A stretch of 64,000 nucleotides of DNA from the human T2T-CHM13v2.0 reference genome, Homo sapiens. The translations under genes and the position numbers were made by a program. Below, in pieces: positions 21,279-34,700 of this stretch (the stretch's first letter is position 1; each line of letters starts with the position of its first letter). The stretch is taken from assembly GCF_009914755.1 (NCBI RefSeq), contig NC_060932.1; one strand, given 5' to 3'. A model generated the notes under the pieces. The model did no database searches and was not told the DNA's origin. It saw only the letters and a program-made list of their open reading frames with translations.

Positions 21279-24200
21279 TCAACTCCCACTTATGAGTGAG
21301 AACATACAGTGTTTGGTTTTCTGTTCTTGTGTTAGTTTGCTGAGAATTATGGTTTCCAGCTTCATCCATATCTCTGCCAAGGACATGAACTCATCCTTTT
21401 TTAATGGCTGCATAGCATTCCATGGTGTATATGTGCCACATTTTCTTTATTCAGTCTATCATTGATGGGCATTTGGGTTGGTTCCAAGTCTTTGCTATTG
21501 TGAACAGTGCTACAGTAAACAACGTGTGCATGTGTCTTTATAGCAGAATGATTTATAATCCCTTGGGTATATATCCAGTAATGGGATTACTGGATCAAAT
21601 GGTATTTCTGGTTCTAGATCTTTGAGGATTCACCACACTGTCATCCACAATGGCCGAACTAATTTGCACTCCCACCAACAGTGTAAAAGCATTCCTATTT
21701 CTCCACATCCTCTCCAGCATCTGTTGTTTCCTGACTTTTTAATGGTTGCCATTCTAATTGGCAAGAGATGGTATCTCATTGTGGTTTTGATTTGCATTTT
21801 TCTAATGACCAGTGATGATGAGCTTTGTTTCATATGTTTGTTGGCCGTATAAATGTCTTCTTTTGCAAAGTGTTTGTTCATATCCTTTGCCCACTTTTTG
21901 ATGGGGTTTTTTTTTCTTGTAAATTTGTTTAAGTTCCTTTTAGATTCTGGATATTAGCCCTTTGTCAGATGGATAGATTGCAAAATTTTTCTCCTGTTCA
22001 CTCTGATGATAGTTTCTTTTGTTGTGCAGAAGCTCTTTAGTTTAATTAGATCCCAATTGTCAACTTTGGCTTGTGTTGCCATTGCTTTTGGTGTTTTAGT
22101 CATGAAGTCTTTGCTCATGCCTATGTCCTGAATGGTATTGCCTAGGTTTTCTTCTAGGGCTTTTATAGTTTTAGGTCTCACATTTAAGTCTTTAATCCAT
22201 CTTGAGTTAATTTTTGTATAAGGTGTAAGGAAGGGGTCCAGTTTCAGTTTTCTGCATATGGCTAGCCAGTTTTTCCAACACCATTTAATAAATAAGGAAT
22301 CCTTTCCCCATTGCTTGTTTTTGTCAGGTTTGTCAAAGATCAGATGGTTGTAGATGTGTGGTGTTATTTCTGAGGCCTCTGTTCTCTTCCATTGGTCTAT
22401 ATATCTCTTTTGATATCAGTACCGTGCTGTTTTGGTTACTGTAGCCTTGTAGCATAGTTTGAAGTCAGGTAGTGTGATGCCTCCAGCTTTGTTCTTTTTG
22501 CTTAGGATTTTCTTGGCTATACGGGCTCTTTTTTGGTTCCATATGAAATTTAAAGTATTTTTTTCCAATTCTGTGAAGAAAGTCAATGGTAGCTTGATGG
22601 GGATAGCATTGAATCTATAAATTACTTTGGGCAGTATGGCCATTTTCACAAAATTGATTTTTCCTATCCATGAGCATGGAATATTTTTCTGTTTGTTTGT
22701 GTCCTGTCTTATTTCCTTGCACAGTAGTTTGTAGTTCTCCTTGAAGAAGTCCTTCACATCCCTTGTTGGCTATATTCCTAGGTATTTTATTCTCTTAGTA
22801 GCAATTGGGAATGTGAGTTCACTCATGATTTGGCTCCCTGTTTGTCTATTACTGGTGTATAGGAATGCTTGTGATTTTTGCACATTGCTTCTGTATCCTG
22901 AGACTTTCCTGAAGTTGCTTATCAGCTTAAAGAGATTTTGGGTGGAAACTATGCTGTTTTCTAAATACAAAGTCATGTCGTCTGCAAATAAAGACAATTT
23001 GACTTTCTCTCTTCCTGTTTGAATACTCTTTATTTCTTTCTCTTGCCTGATTGCCCAGAGCAGAACTTCCAATACTATGTTGAATAGGAGTGGTGAGAGA
23101 GGGAATCCTTGACGTGTGCCAGTTTTCAAAGGTAATGCTTCCAGCTTTTGCCCATTCAGTATGATATTGGCTGTGTGTTTGTCATAGATAGTTCTTATTA
23201 TTTTGAGATATGTTCCAACAATACCTAGTTTATTGAGAGTTTTTAGCATGATGGGGTGTTGACTTTTATCGAACGACTTTTCTGCATCTATTGAGATAAT
23301 CATGTGGTTCTCTTTATGTGATGGATTACATTTATTGATTTGTGTATGTTGAACCAACCTTGCATCCCATGGATGAAGCTGACTTGATCGTGGTGGATAA
23401 GCTTTTTGATGTGCTGCTGGATTCAGTTTGCCCATATTTTATAGAGGATTTTCACACTGATATTCATCAGGGATATTGGCCTGAAATTTTGTTGTTGTTG
23501 TTGTGTCTCTGCCAGGTTTTGGTATCAGGATGATGCTGGCCTCATAAAATGAGTTAGGAGGAGTCCCTCTTTTTCTATTGTTTGGAATAATTTCAGAAGG
23601 AATGGTACCAGCTCCTCTTTGTACCTCTGGCAGAATTCAGCTGTGAATCCGTCTGGTCCTGGGCTTTTTTTGGTTGGTAGGCTGTTAGTTACTGCCTCAA
23701 TTTCAGAACTTGTTATTGGTCTATTCAGGGATTCAATTTGTTCCTGGTTTAGTCTTGGGAGGGTGTATGTGTCCAGGAATTTATCCATTTCTTCTAGATT
23801 TTCTAGTTTATTTGAATAGAGGTGTTTATAGTATTCTCTGATGGTAGTTTGTATTTCTGTGGGATCAGTGGTGATATCCCCTTTACCATTTTTTATTGTG
23901 TCTATTTACTGCTTCTTTCTTTTCTTCTTTATTAGTCTGGGTAGTGTTCTATCTATTTTGTCGATCTTTTCAAAAAACCAGCTCCTGGATTCATTGATTT
24001 TTTTAAAGGGTTTTTTGTGTCCCTATCTCCTTCAGTTCTGCTCTGATCTTACTTATTTCTTGTCTTCTGCTAGCTTTTGAATTTGTTTGCATTTGTTTTA
24101 TTCTTTTAATTGTGATATTAGGGTGTTGACTTTAGATCTTTCCCGCTTTCTCCTGTGGTCATTTAGTGCTATAAATTTCCCTCTATACACTGCTTTAGCT

Positions 24201-25063
24201 CTGTCCAGTGATTCTGGAATGTTGTGTCTCTATTCTCATTGGTTTTAAATAACTTTCTTATGTCTGCCTTCATGTTGTTATTTACCCAGTAGTCATTCAG
24301 GAGCAGGTTGTTCAGTTTCTATGTAGTTTTGTGGTTTTGAGTGAGTTTCTTAATCCTGAATTCTAGTTTGATTGCACTGTGGTCTGAGAGACTGTTTGTT
24401 ATGTTTTCCATTCTTTTGCATTTGCTGAGGAGTGTTTTACTTCAAATTATGTGGTCAATTTTAGAATAAGTGCAATGTGGTGCTGAGAAAAATGTATATT
24501 CTGTTGATTTGGGGTGGAGAGTTCTGTAGATGTCTATTAGGCCACTTGGTCCAGAGCTGAGTTCAAGTCCTGAATATTCTTGTTAATTTTCTGTCTCATC
24601 ATCTGTCTAATATTGACAGTGGGGTGTTATAGTCTCCCACTATTATTGTGTAGGAATCTAAGTCTCTCTGTAGGTCTCTAAGAACTTGCTTTATGAATCT
24701 CGGTGCTCCTGTATTGGGTGCATATATATTTAGGATAGACCTTCTTGTTGCATTGATTCCTTTACTGTTATGTAATGCCCTTGTTTGTCTTTTTTGATCT
24801 TTGTTGTTTTAAAGTCTGTATTATCAAGGACTAGGATTGCAACCCCTGCTTTTTTTTTGCTTTCCATTTGCTTGGTAAATATTCCTCCATCCCTTTATTT
24901 TGAGCCCATGTGTGTCTTTGCACATGAGATAGATCTCCTGAACACAGCACACCAATGAGTCTTGACTCTTTATCCATTTTTCTGGTATGTGTCTTTTAAT
25001 TGCAGCATTTAGCCCATTTACATTTAAGGTTAATATTGTTATGTGTGAATTTGATCCCTACAT
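21279..25063 (-). pseudogene. L1 ORF2p (EN/RT) pseudogene
   Basis: ORF fragments incl. [41 protein letters not shown]; ATG at 25063 immediately followed by TAG; multiple frameshifts. Confidence 0.95.
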
Positions 25064-25126
25064 TATAATGCTAGCTGGTTATTTTGCCTGTTAGTTGATG
25101 CAGTTCCTTCATAGTGTCGATGGTCT

Positions 25127-26147
25127 TTACAATTTGGTATGTTTTTGCAGTGACTGGTACCAGTTTTTCCTTTCCATATTTAGTGCTTCCTTCAGGAGCT
25201 CTTGTAAGGCAGGCCTCGTGGTGACAAAATCTCTCATCATTTGCTTGTCCATAAAGGATTTTATTTCTCCTTCGCTTATGAATCTTAGTTTGGCTGGATA
25301 TGAAATTCTGGGTTGAAAATTCTTTAAGAATGTTGAATATTGGCCCCCACTCTCTTCTGGCTTGTAGGGTTTCTGCAGAAAGATCTACTGTTAGTTTGAT
25401 GGGCTTCCTTCTGTGGGTAACCCGACCTTTCTCTCTGGCTGCCCTTAACATTTTTTCCTTCATTTCAACCTTAGTGAATCTGATGATTATATGTCTTCCA
25501 GTCGCTCTTCTCCAGGAGTATCTTTGTGGTGTTCTCTGTATTTCCTGAATTTGAATGTTGGCCTGTCTTGCTAGGTTGGGGAATTTCTCCTGGATAATAC
25601 TCTGAAGAGTGGTTTCCAACTTGGTTCCATTCTCCTCATCACTTTCAGGTACACCAATCAAACGTAGGTTCGGTCTTTTCACATAGTCCCATATCTGTTG
25701 GAGGCTTTGTTTGTTCCTTTTCATCCCTTTTTCTCTAGTCTTGTCTTCATGCTTTATTTCATTAAGTTGATTTTTAATCTCTAATATCCTTTCTTACACT
25801 TGATCGATTCGGCTATTGATACTTACGTATGCATCACGAAGTTCTTGTGCTGTGTTTTTTAGCTCCATCAGGTTATTTATGTACTTCTCTAAACTGCTTA
25901 TTCTACTTAGCAATTCCTCTAACCTTTTTTCAAGGTTCTTAACTTACTTGCATTGGGTTAGAACATGCTCCTTTAGCTCAGAGGAGTTTGTTGTTATCCA
26001 CCTTCTGTAGCCTGCTTCTGTCAATTCGTCAAACTCATTCTCCATCCAGTTTTGTTCCCTTGCTGGCGAGGAGTTGTGATCCTTTGGAGGAGAAGTGGCA
26101 TTCTGGTTTTTGGAACTTTCAGCCTTTTTGAGCTGGTTTTCCCTCAT
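25127..26147 (-). pseudogene. L1 ORF1p pseudogene
   Basis: MRENQLKKAESSKNQ... with premature stop at 25944; WDYVKRPNLRLIGVPE, LRAAREKG, LQARREWGPIF. Confidence 0.95.
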
Positions 26148-27749
26148 CTTTGTGGATTTATCTATCTTTGGTCTTGATGTTGGTGACCTTCGCATGGGGT
26201 TTCTGTGTGGATGTCCTTTTTGTTGATGTTGATGCTATTCCTTTCTGTTTGTTAGTTTTCCTTCTAACAGTCAGGCCCCTCTGCTCCAGGTCTGCTGGAG
26301 TTTGCTGGAGATCCACTCCAGACCCTGTTTGCCTGGGTTTCACCAGTGGAGGCTGAAGAATGGCAAAGACTGATGCCTGTTCCTTCCTCTGGAAGCTTTG
26401 TCCCAGAGGGGCACCTTCCAGGTGCCAGCCAGAGCTCTCCTGTATGAAGTGTCTGTTGACCCCTGTTGGGAGGTGTCTCCCAGTCAGAAGGCATGGGGGT
26501 CAGGGACTCACTTGAAAAGGTACTCTGTCCCTTAGAGCTTGAGCGCTGTGCTGGGAGATCCACTGCTGTCTTCAGAGATAGCAGGCAGGAATGTTTAAGT
26601 CTGCTGAAACTGCACCCACAGCCACCCCTTACCCCAGGTGCTCTGTCCCAGGGAGATGGAAGTTTTATCTATAAGCTCCTGACTGCTGTCTTTCTTTCAG
26701 AGATGCCCTGCCCAGAGAGGAGGAATCTAGAGAGGCAGTCTGTCTACAGTGGCTTTGCCAAGCTGCAGTGGGCTATGCAGCTGTGAGGGGAAAATTGCCT
26801 ACTCAAGCCTCGGTAATGGTGGACGCCCCTCCCCCCACCAATCTGTAGCGTCCTAGTTTGACTTCAGACTGCTGTGCTGGCAGTGAGAATTTCAAGCCAG
26901 TGGATCTTAGCTTGCTGGCCTCTGTGGGGGTGGGATCCACTGAGCTAGACCACTTGGCTCCCTGGCTTCAGCTCCCTTTTCAGGGGTGTGAAGAGTTCTG
27001 TCTTTCAGGCATTCCAGGTGCCACTAGGGCATGAAAAACACTCCTGTAGCTAGCTCAGTGTCTGCCCAAATGGCAGCCCAGGTTTGTGCTTGAAACCCGG
27101 GGCCCTGGTGGCATAGGCACTGGAGGGAATCTCCTGGTCTATGGGTTGCAAAGACCATGGGAAAAGTATCTGGGCATAGTATCTGGGCCAGAATGCACTG
27201 TTTCTCATGGCATGGTCCCTCACAGCTTCCCTTGGCTAGGGGACTTCCCCGACCCCTTGCACTTCCCCGGTGAGGTGATGCCCCACCCTGCTTCTGCTAA
27301 CTGTCCGTGGGTTGCACCCACTGTCTAAGCAGTCCCAATGAGATGAGCTGGGTACCTCAGTTGGAAATGCAGAAATCATCCACATTCTGCATTGATCTCA
27401 CTGGGAGCTGCAGACCAGAGATGTTTCTATTCAGCCATCTTGCCAGCCACCCTGCTCCAGATTTTTATCCTCAGTTTTTCCATTCTCAGACACACAACCA
27501 AGTGCTAACATTTGGGAAAAACACCTGGGCACCAAGTAGATGCAAACTGGAGAAAAAAAAATTCTGGGAAAAATGCTTAAGTCCAACGGGGAGTTGCCAA
27601 AGTTTCAAACAGTGATGGAAACATTGTTGTGGTCACATGGTAGAAATTCAAAAGCTGTGAAACATGGATCATGATTTTTTGAAAGATAAGATATTTTCAG
27701 GTTTCAGTGTTTTAGAGACAAAATTGCTTCCTCAAAATCTTTTAGCCAA

Positions 27750-28841
27750 AATCGGGGAAAATTCAGCCAAATATCAGGCAAAATTCACTCCCGATATTTC
27801 ACGTAGGTTCTTTTCTATTTTCCCTAAGCATCGGCCAGTTTGAGAAATAAAGGGACAGAGTACAAAAGAGAGAAATTTTAAAGCTGGGCGTCTGGGGGAT
27901 ACATCACATGTCGGTAGGTTCTGTGATGCCCCACAAGACATAAAACCAGCAAGTTTTTATTAGGGATTTTCAGAAGGGGAGGGAGTGTATGAATAGGGTG
28001 TGGGTAACAGAGATCACGTGCTTCACAAGGTAATAGAATATCACAGGCAAATTGAGGCAGGGCGAGATCACAGGACCACAGGACTGGGGCAAAATTAAAA
28101 TTGCTAATGAAGTTTCGGGCACCATTGTCATTGATAGCATCTTATCAGGAGACAGGGTTTGAGAGCAACTGGTCTGACCAAAATTTATTAGGTGGGAATT
28201 TCCTCACCCTAATAAGCCTGGGAGTGCTATGGGAGACTGGGGCTTATTTCATCCCTACAGTCTCAACCATAGAAGGCGGCCACACCCAAGGGGGCCATTT
28301 TAGAGGCCCACCCTCAGGGGCGCATTCTCTTTCTCAGGGATGTTCTTTGCTGAGAAAAAGAATTCAGTGATATTTCTCCCATTTGCTTTTGAAAGAAGAG
28401 AAATATGGCTCTGTTCCGCCCGGCTCACCGGCGGTCAGAGTTTAAGGTTATCTCTCTTATTCCCTGAACATTGCTGTTATCCTGTTCTTTTCTCAAGGTG
28501 CCCAGATTACATATTGTTTAAACACACATGCTCTACAATTTGTGCAGTTAATGAAATTATCACAGGGTCCTGAGGTGACATGCATCCTCCTCAGCTGACA
28601 GGATGAAGAGATTAAAATAAATACAGGCATAGGAAATCACAAGGGTATTGATTGGGGAAGTGATAAGTGTCCATGAAATCTTTACAATTTATGTTTAGAG
28701 ATTGCAGTAAAGACAGGCATAAGAAATTACAAAGTATTAATTTGGGGAACTAATAAATGTCCATGAAATCTTCACAATCCATGTTCTTCTGCCATGGCTT
28801 CAGCAGGTCCCTCCATTTGGGGTCCCTGACTTCCTGCAAGA
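27750..28841 (-). mobile_element. MER11 (HERV-K11/HML-8) solo LTR, 1092 bp
   Basis: Reverse complement begins ttgcaggaagtcagggaccccaaatggagggacc...gccatggcagaagaac; perfect 6-bp TSD agccaa at 27744-27749 and 28842-28847. Confidence 0.93.
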
Positions 28842-29251
28842 AGCCAACATTTTAATTGCTGAGTTCTATGTATTTTATATACTTTGACCTAAATGGAACA
28901 ATCAATCTAATTAGTCTCACCTTCATTGTAAAATTAGTCGTGTTTATTATTCACCTATTCTGTTAAAATAATAGTGTGAATATATCTATTTAATAGTAAT
29001 CAAATAGGTTTTCATAATGGCATTTTACACATATTTCCAATAGTGATAACTTAGAGCAATGAGAGAAATACTAGAAAGAAGGAAGGAGGCTTCCTTCTGG
29101 GTTTTTTTAAATGTACATGCAAATTGTTTCATTTCTTTTATCAGTTAAAAATTAACCTAGATTAAAAAAGAACTATAAAATGTTTATTAGCAAAAATACC
29201 TTGGAAGATATTTAAAATGAATTACTACTATAATTAAAGAAAAAGAAATGT

Positions 29252-29654
<403 letters not shown>

Positions 29655-30800
29655 TTAAGATGATATTCTAGACAGCATACACAAGCACTAATGCTATCTG
29701 TAATGGCAACTTAAATTGCTTTTCTTGGAGAATTTTTCAAAGAAACTTTAATATATGTGTCTACTTTTTTCACATTTAATTTCAGAAATTTTCTGAGTGT
29801 TATACTTTTTTGGTGACTTCCGACACTTTATTTTCTCAAGTAATTCTATAACTTTAGGAAGGACAAAATCCAATCTCTTATAAAATGGCCTTTGTTATAA
29901 AAAATGTCCTCATTTTCTTCTGCAGCAAAGACACACTAAAAATAAACCTGGCTTTCTTGTTGCATTCCTATCCTCTTTACTGCCTCTCTTCCCTCCTCCT
30001 GGTGATTGGTAGCCACACAGGCAGGTTTCTTTCACTGTCTTTGAAAATTGTTTCCATTATTTACAATATGAGTTCCAGAGCTGACATTTTTTCCATTTTA
30101 AATATTAAATATTAGATTTTTGATTTTTTTTGCAAGTCCAGCCATTTACCTAGATTGGTCAAAAGATTTAAAAAATAAATTAATAAAAATAAGTTGAAAG
30201 CTTTACATTGTTAGCAATAAATTGATATTGGTTATATTAAATATGGCCAATGCTGTATTTGATTCATTCAGCACCCATTACAACTCCCCTTCTTCTTTGT
30301 CTGCCTCTATGGTAGAAGCTGGAAAATGAAATCCTAAAATCCCAGTGTCTTTTGGAGGCACTACAGATATAAAGTGAAAAAATAGTGTAAGAGAGAAGCA
30401 AACTGGTAAATTGGCCCCTAAAAGACAGTGATAAGAGCAATGGTAAGGAAGTGTAGGCACACTAGGCTGTGGGAGTGCATAGGCACATTGGCCATTTCCT
30501 ATTAATTTCATGTCCGCATATCTGGAGGTAACGTTGATATAAACATGATAATGAAGCATTGCCATGTGACAAATGTTGAGTGTGCCGTGACAGCCTGGGA
30601 TTTTGCTCTGAGGTAGGACTGGATGCCTCATTCTAAGGAGGCAGCCGAACTCACTACAGAACAAGAAACCAAACTCATAATCTTTCTTCCATATTTATTT
30701 CCACTTATACAATTTTTATCAACAGATCCTTGGTGTTATCTTGAGTTCACTTTCTCTTTCCTCTCATCTGGGCTATCACCAGTCTTGTTGCTTCTTCCTG

Positions 30801-30840
30801 TGTATTGTATTGTATTGTATTGTATTGTATTGTATTGCAT
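30801..30840. repeat. (TGTAT)8 pentanucleotide repeat
   Basis: Seven perfect TGTAT units plus TGCAT. Confidence 0.98.
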
Positions 30841-31030
30841 TTTTCTCTTCTAATTTCCATCTTTTTTACCACTGAATCTGCATTAACAAGGGATCTTATC
30901 GCCTCTCTCTCTATTGTTAGAATTTCTTGTGTGATCTCTTGGATTCTGGTCTTTCCCTCCAGCCCCACCTCTATCCTATTTCGTGATTACTTTTTCTAAT
31001 GATCCCCCAAACCTTAAAATATTATGTATT

Positions 31031-31463
31031 GCCTGTGATAGATTGGAATATTGTTCCTAATTTGTCACTCCTTCTGTGTTTGCCAGGGAACTCTCCAGTA
31101 CATCCCACCATGGGCTTGTCTGTGGGACTTGTTTTAGTGGCAGAATTGAGGGTGTGCTGGCAAATTCCAAGCTGAGGCCTTAAGGAGCACCCCATTTCCC
31201 CTTGTGGTCCTGTGTCTGTGTGATCCATCATGAGAATGGCATGTCCCTGGTAACCACTGCACATTCAGGCTCAGCCCCAGAATAATGTCATGTGGAACAC
31301 ACCTGCATCTCACCCAGAAAACTGGAATCCAGCCTGGCCCAGACAAACTTATCCAAGGTCAGCAGGAGCACAGACTACCAGCAGTCTTGTGAGCATGAAA
31401 ATCAATATTTGCTTTTGTAAGCCACTGAGATTTAGAGGTTGTTACAGAAAACTTGGTTAATAT
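31031..31463 (+). mobile_element. MLT1I/J-like LTR
   Basis: catgagaatggcatgtccctggtaaccactg...ttgtaagccactgagatttagaggttgttac. Confidence 0.7.
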
Positions 31464-31719
31464 ATTGCCCACTTAACAGTATGTAAACTCTTCGGTTTGG
31501 CCTCTTCAAGGTCAAGAAGATTTAGCCTCATCCCTTTTCTGGATTCAATCTTGCTTCCGCATGAACAGTAGGCATAAGCAGTAGGCAAATGGTCTACTCA
31601 TAGCCCAAACATGCATTTGCTGTCCAACTTTTGGCTCAGTCTCTTTATTAAGCTATATTTCTTTTCTTGGTGAAAAAAAAAGATAGTAAAGAAGAAGGAG
31701 TACTGGGCATTTGAGGAAA

Positions 31720-34700
31720 GACTCAGGCTGCATTCTGGTAGATGGCAATTAATAATAATTGGCAGGAGGTTTTACTCTGAGAGTGCACACCCTCAGCAGG
31801 GCAAAGGTGACAGAGAAGCACAAAAAACACTCTCTCCCAGGGCTGCCGGCTTTCAGCAGGGTTGTGGCCACTGGAGAATCCCCAGAAGTGTCTCTCTAAG
31901 CCCATGCTCCCTGAGCCCCAGTGGGAAGAGCCACAACTGTGTCCACAGCAGTACACTGGGGGAAGGGGTGAGGGTTGAGAAATGATCTCCTCTCCAAGTC
32001 CATCCCGGGCTTTAATGTTGCCTCTTCAGCAGCTGGCACCATGCTTACATTTCCTTTGACCAAAGGGGAGCTTTGGTATACTGCACTCACCCCTTTCTTA
32101 GGGGTAGTCTATGCCAAGGATTAGGTCTGAACCATAGTGGGGTCTGCCTCTCTTCCTCCCCTCAGAGCTGGTTTGTCACTCTCCTCCAACTGACCAAGGA
32201 AGCAGGCTAGGGCACTCAGCAATAACACATGCAGATGGGTTCCAGGTTGCAAAGCTGTTGCTAGCTGCAAATCATACCACCCAAGAGAAACCTCAGCTTC
32301 AGCAGCTCTCTTCCAGCTCCAGTCCTGTCGTGGGAGACAGCCTAATTCCAGCATCTACTGCTGGAGTGCTCTCCACACTTGCCACTCAATTCTAGTTATG
32401 GGGGCCCTTCACTAGCTCCAGAGCAAGTGATATAATCTCTGGCTTGAGAAGAAAATGTCTGCAGTGGCTGTTGTTTCCAGGTCACCAAACAATGATTGAC
32501 TTTGTATGAGCACAAGTATATCACTACGCCAAACAAAATCTGAGAAAGCCACCATAGAAATCCATCTGTGACCAAGGATTCTGTATAGAGCCATGGTCAT
32601 CTGAAAGCACTCAGAAACAAAGCCAATCCATCATACACCACATACACCACAGTCATCATACACCACAGTCATACCCTGAAGAGAAAAAAGAATAAAAAAT
32701 CAAAAAATCCCCATCCAAACAATACCAAATTCAAAAACAAATTTAAAAAAGCATCACCTCCAGATGAGAAGGAACCAGTGAAAGAACTTTGGAAATATAA
32801 TAGGCCAGAGTGTTTTGTCACCTTGCAGAGATCACACTAGGTCCCTAGCAATGGATCCTAACAAGAATGAAATGTCTGAAATAATAGATATAGAATTCAG
32901 AAAATGGATGGCAAGAAAACTCAATGAGATCCAAGAGAAAGTTGAAATCCGATAAAAAGAAACAGAAAAACTATTCAGAATTTGAAAGATGACATAGCTA
33001 CATTAAGAAAGAACCAAATAGGCTGGGTGAGGTGTCTCACGCCTGTAATCCCAGCACTTTGGGAGGCCGAGGTGGGTGGATCGTGGGGTCAGCAGATTGA
33101 GACCATCCTGGCTAACACGGTGAAACCCCGTCTCTATTAAAAATACAAAAAATTAGCCAGGCATGGTGGCCGGCACCTGTAGTCCCAACTACCTGGGAGG
33201 CTGAGGCAGGAGAATGGCGTGAACCAGGGAGGCGGAGCTTGCAGTGAGCCTAGAACTTCTCACATGAAAAAATTCACTACAGGAATTTCAAAAAACAATT
33301 GGAAGGCTTAACAACAGAAACAAGCAAAAGAAAGAATTTCAGAGACTGAAGACCAGTCCTTTGAATTAACCCAGACAAACAACAATAAAGAAAAAAGAGT
33401 AAAAACAAAGCTTTTGAGAAATATGAAATTAGGCAAAGCAATCAAGTCTATGACTTACTGGTACTCCTGAGAGAGAATAAGAGAACATGGAAAACATATT
33501 TAAGGAACATGGAAGCAACATGGAAAACATATTTAAGGAATATACTTTAGAAAAATTTCCCCAATTTTGCTAGAGAGGTAGACATGCAGGTATAAGAAAT
33601 CCAGAGAACTCCTGTGAAATAGTGTATAAGATAACCATAGATACTACACAAAGCACATAGTTATCAGACTATCCAAGATTAATGCAAAAGAAAAAATTCT
33701 TAAAGGCTACTAGAGAAAAAGGCCATATTACTTATACAAGGAAAGCAATCAGACTAATAGCAGACTTCTCAGGAAAAGTCTTACAAGCCAGAAGAGACTA
33801 AGGGCTCATTTTTAGCATTCTTAAAGAAAATATATGCCAGCCAATTATCTCATACACCATCAAACTAAGCTTCATAAATGAAGAAGTAAAGTCTTTCTCA
33901 GATAAGCAATCATAAATCAAATTTGTCACCACCAGACTGGGTCTACAAGAGATTCTTAAAGGAGTTGTAAACCTGAAAAGAAAAAAAATGATACACACAA
34001 TGAAAGCACATGTAAGTACATAGCTCACAGACCCTATAAAACAACTACACAGTTGAAACTATGAAGGAACTTGCTAACAACACTGCAACAGGAACACAAC
34101 CTTACATACCAATATTAACCTTGAATGTAAATGGCTTAAATGCTCCACTTAAAGCACATATAGTGGCAAAATGGATAAAAAAAAATACAAGACCTATCCT
34201 TCTGCTGTCTTCAACAGACCCATCTCACATGTAATGACACCCACAGGCTCAAAGTAAAGGTGAAGAAAGATCTATTTTGCAAATGGAAAACAAAAAAGAG
34301 CAGAAATCAGTATTCTTGTTTGAAATAAAGAGTTTAAACCAACAACAGTAATAAAGCAAAAAAGAAGGGCATTGCATAATGATAAAAGGTTCAATTTAAT
34401 AAGAAGTTTTAACTCTCCTAAGATTGAATATATATACACCCAACATTGGAGCACTCAGATTCATACAACAATTACTTCCAGGCCTAAGAAAAGACTTAGT
34501 CAGACATACAATAATAGTGGGAGACTTCAGCATTCCACTGACAGCATTAGGGAGATCACTAAGGCAGAAAACTAACAAATTCTGGACTTAAATTTGACAC
34601 TTGAGCAACTGTAACTAATAGATAACCACTAAATATACCACCAACCACTAAATATACATTCTTCTCCTCTGCACACAGAACATATTCCAAGATTTATAAC

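Larger units (their letters stand above)
21045..27450 (-). mobile_element. Full-length (~6.4 kb) L1PA7-like LINE-1, inactive
   Basis: Poly-T at 21045, 3'UTR, ORF2, ORF1, 5'UTR ending ggagctgcagaccagagatgtttctattcagccatcttgccagcc. Confidence 0.97.

Noticed and set aside
22770-23435. 221-aa ORF with RT motifs as a functional reverse transcriptase
   Set aside because: Fragment of a frameshifted L1PA7 ORF2 that has a stop at codon 2
28600-28780. ~90-bp direct repeat in MER11
   Set aside because: As I recall, an internal feature of the MER11 consensus
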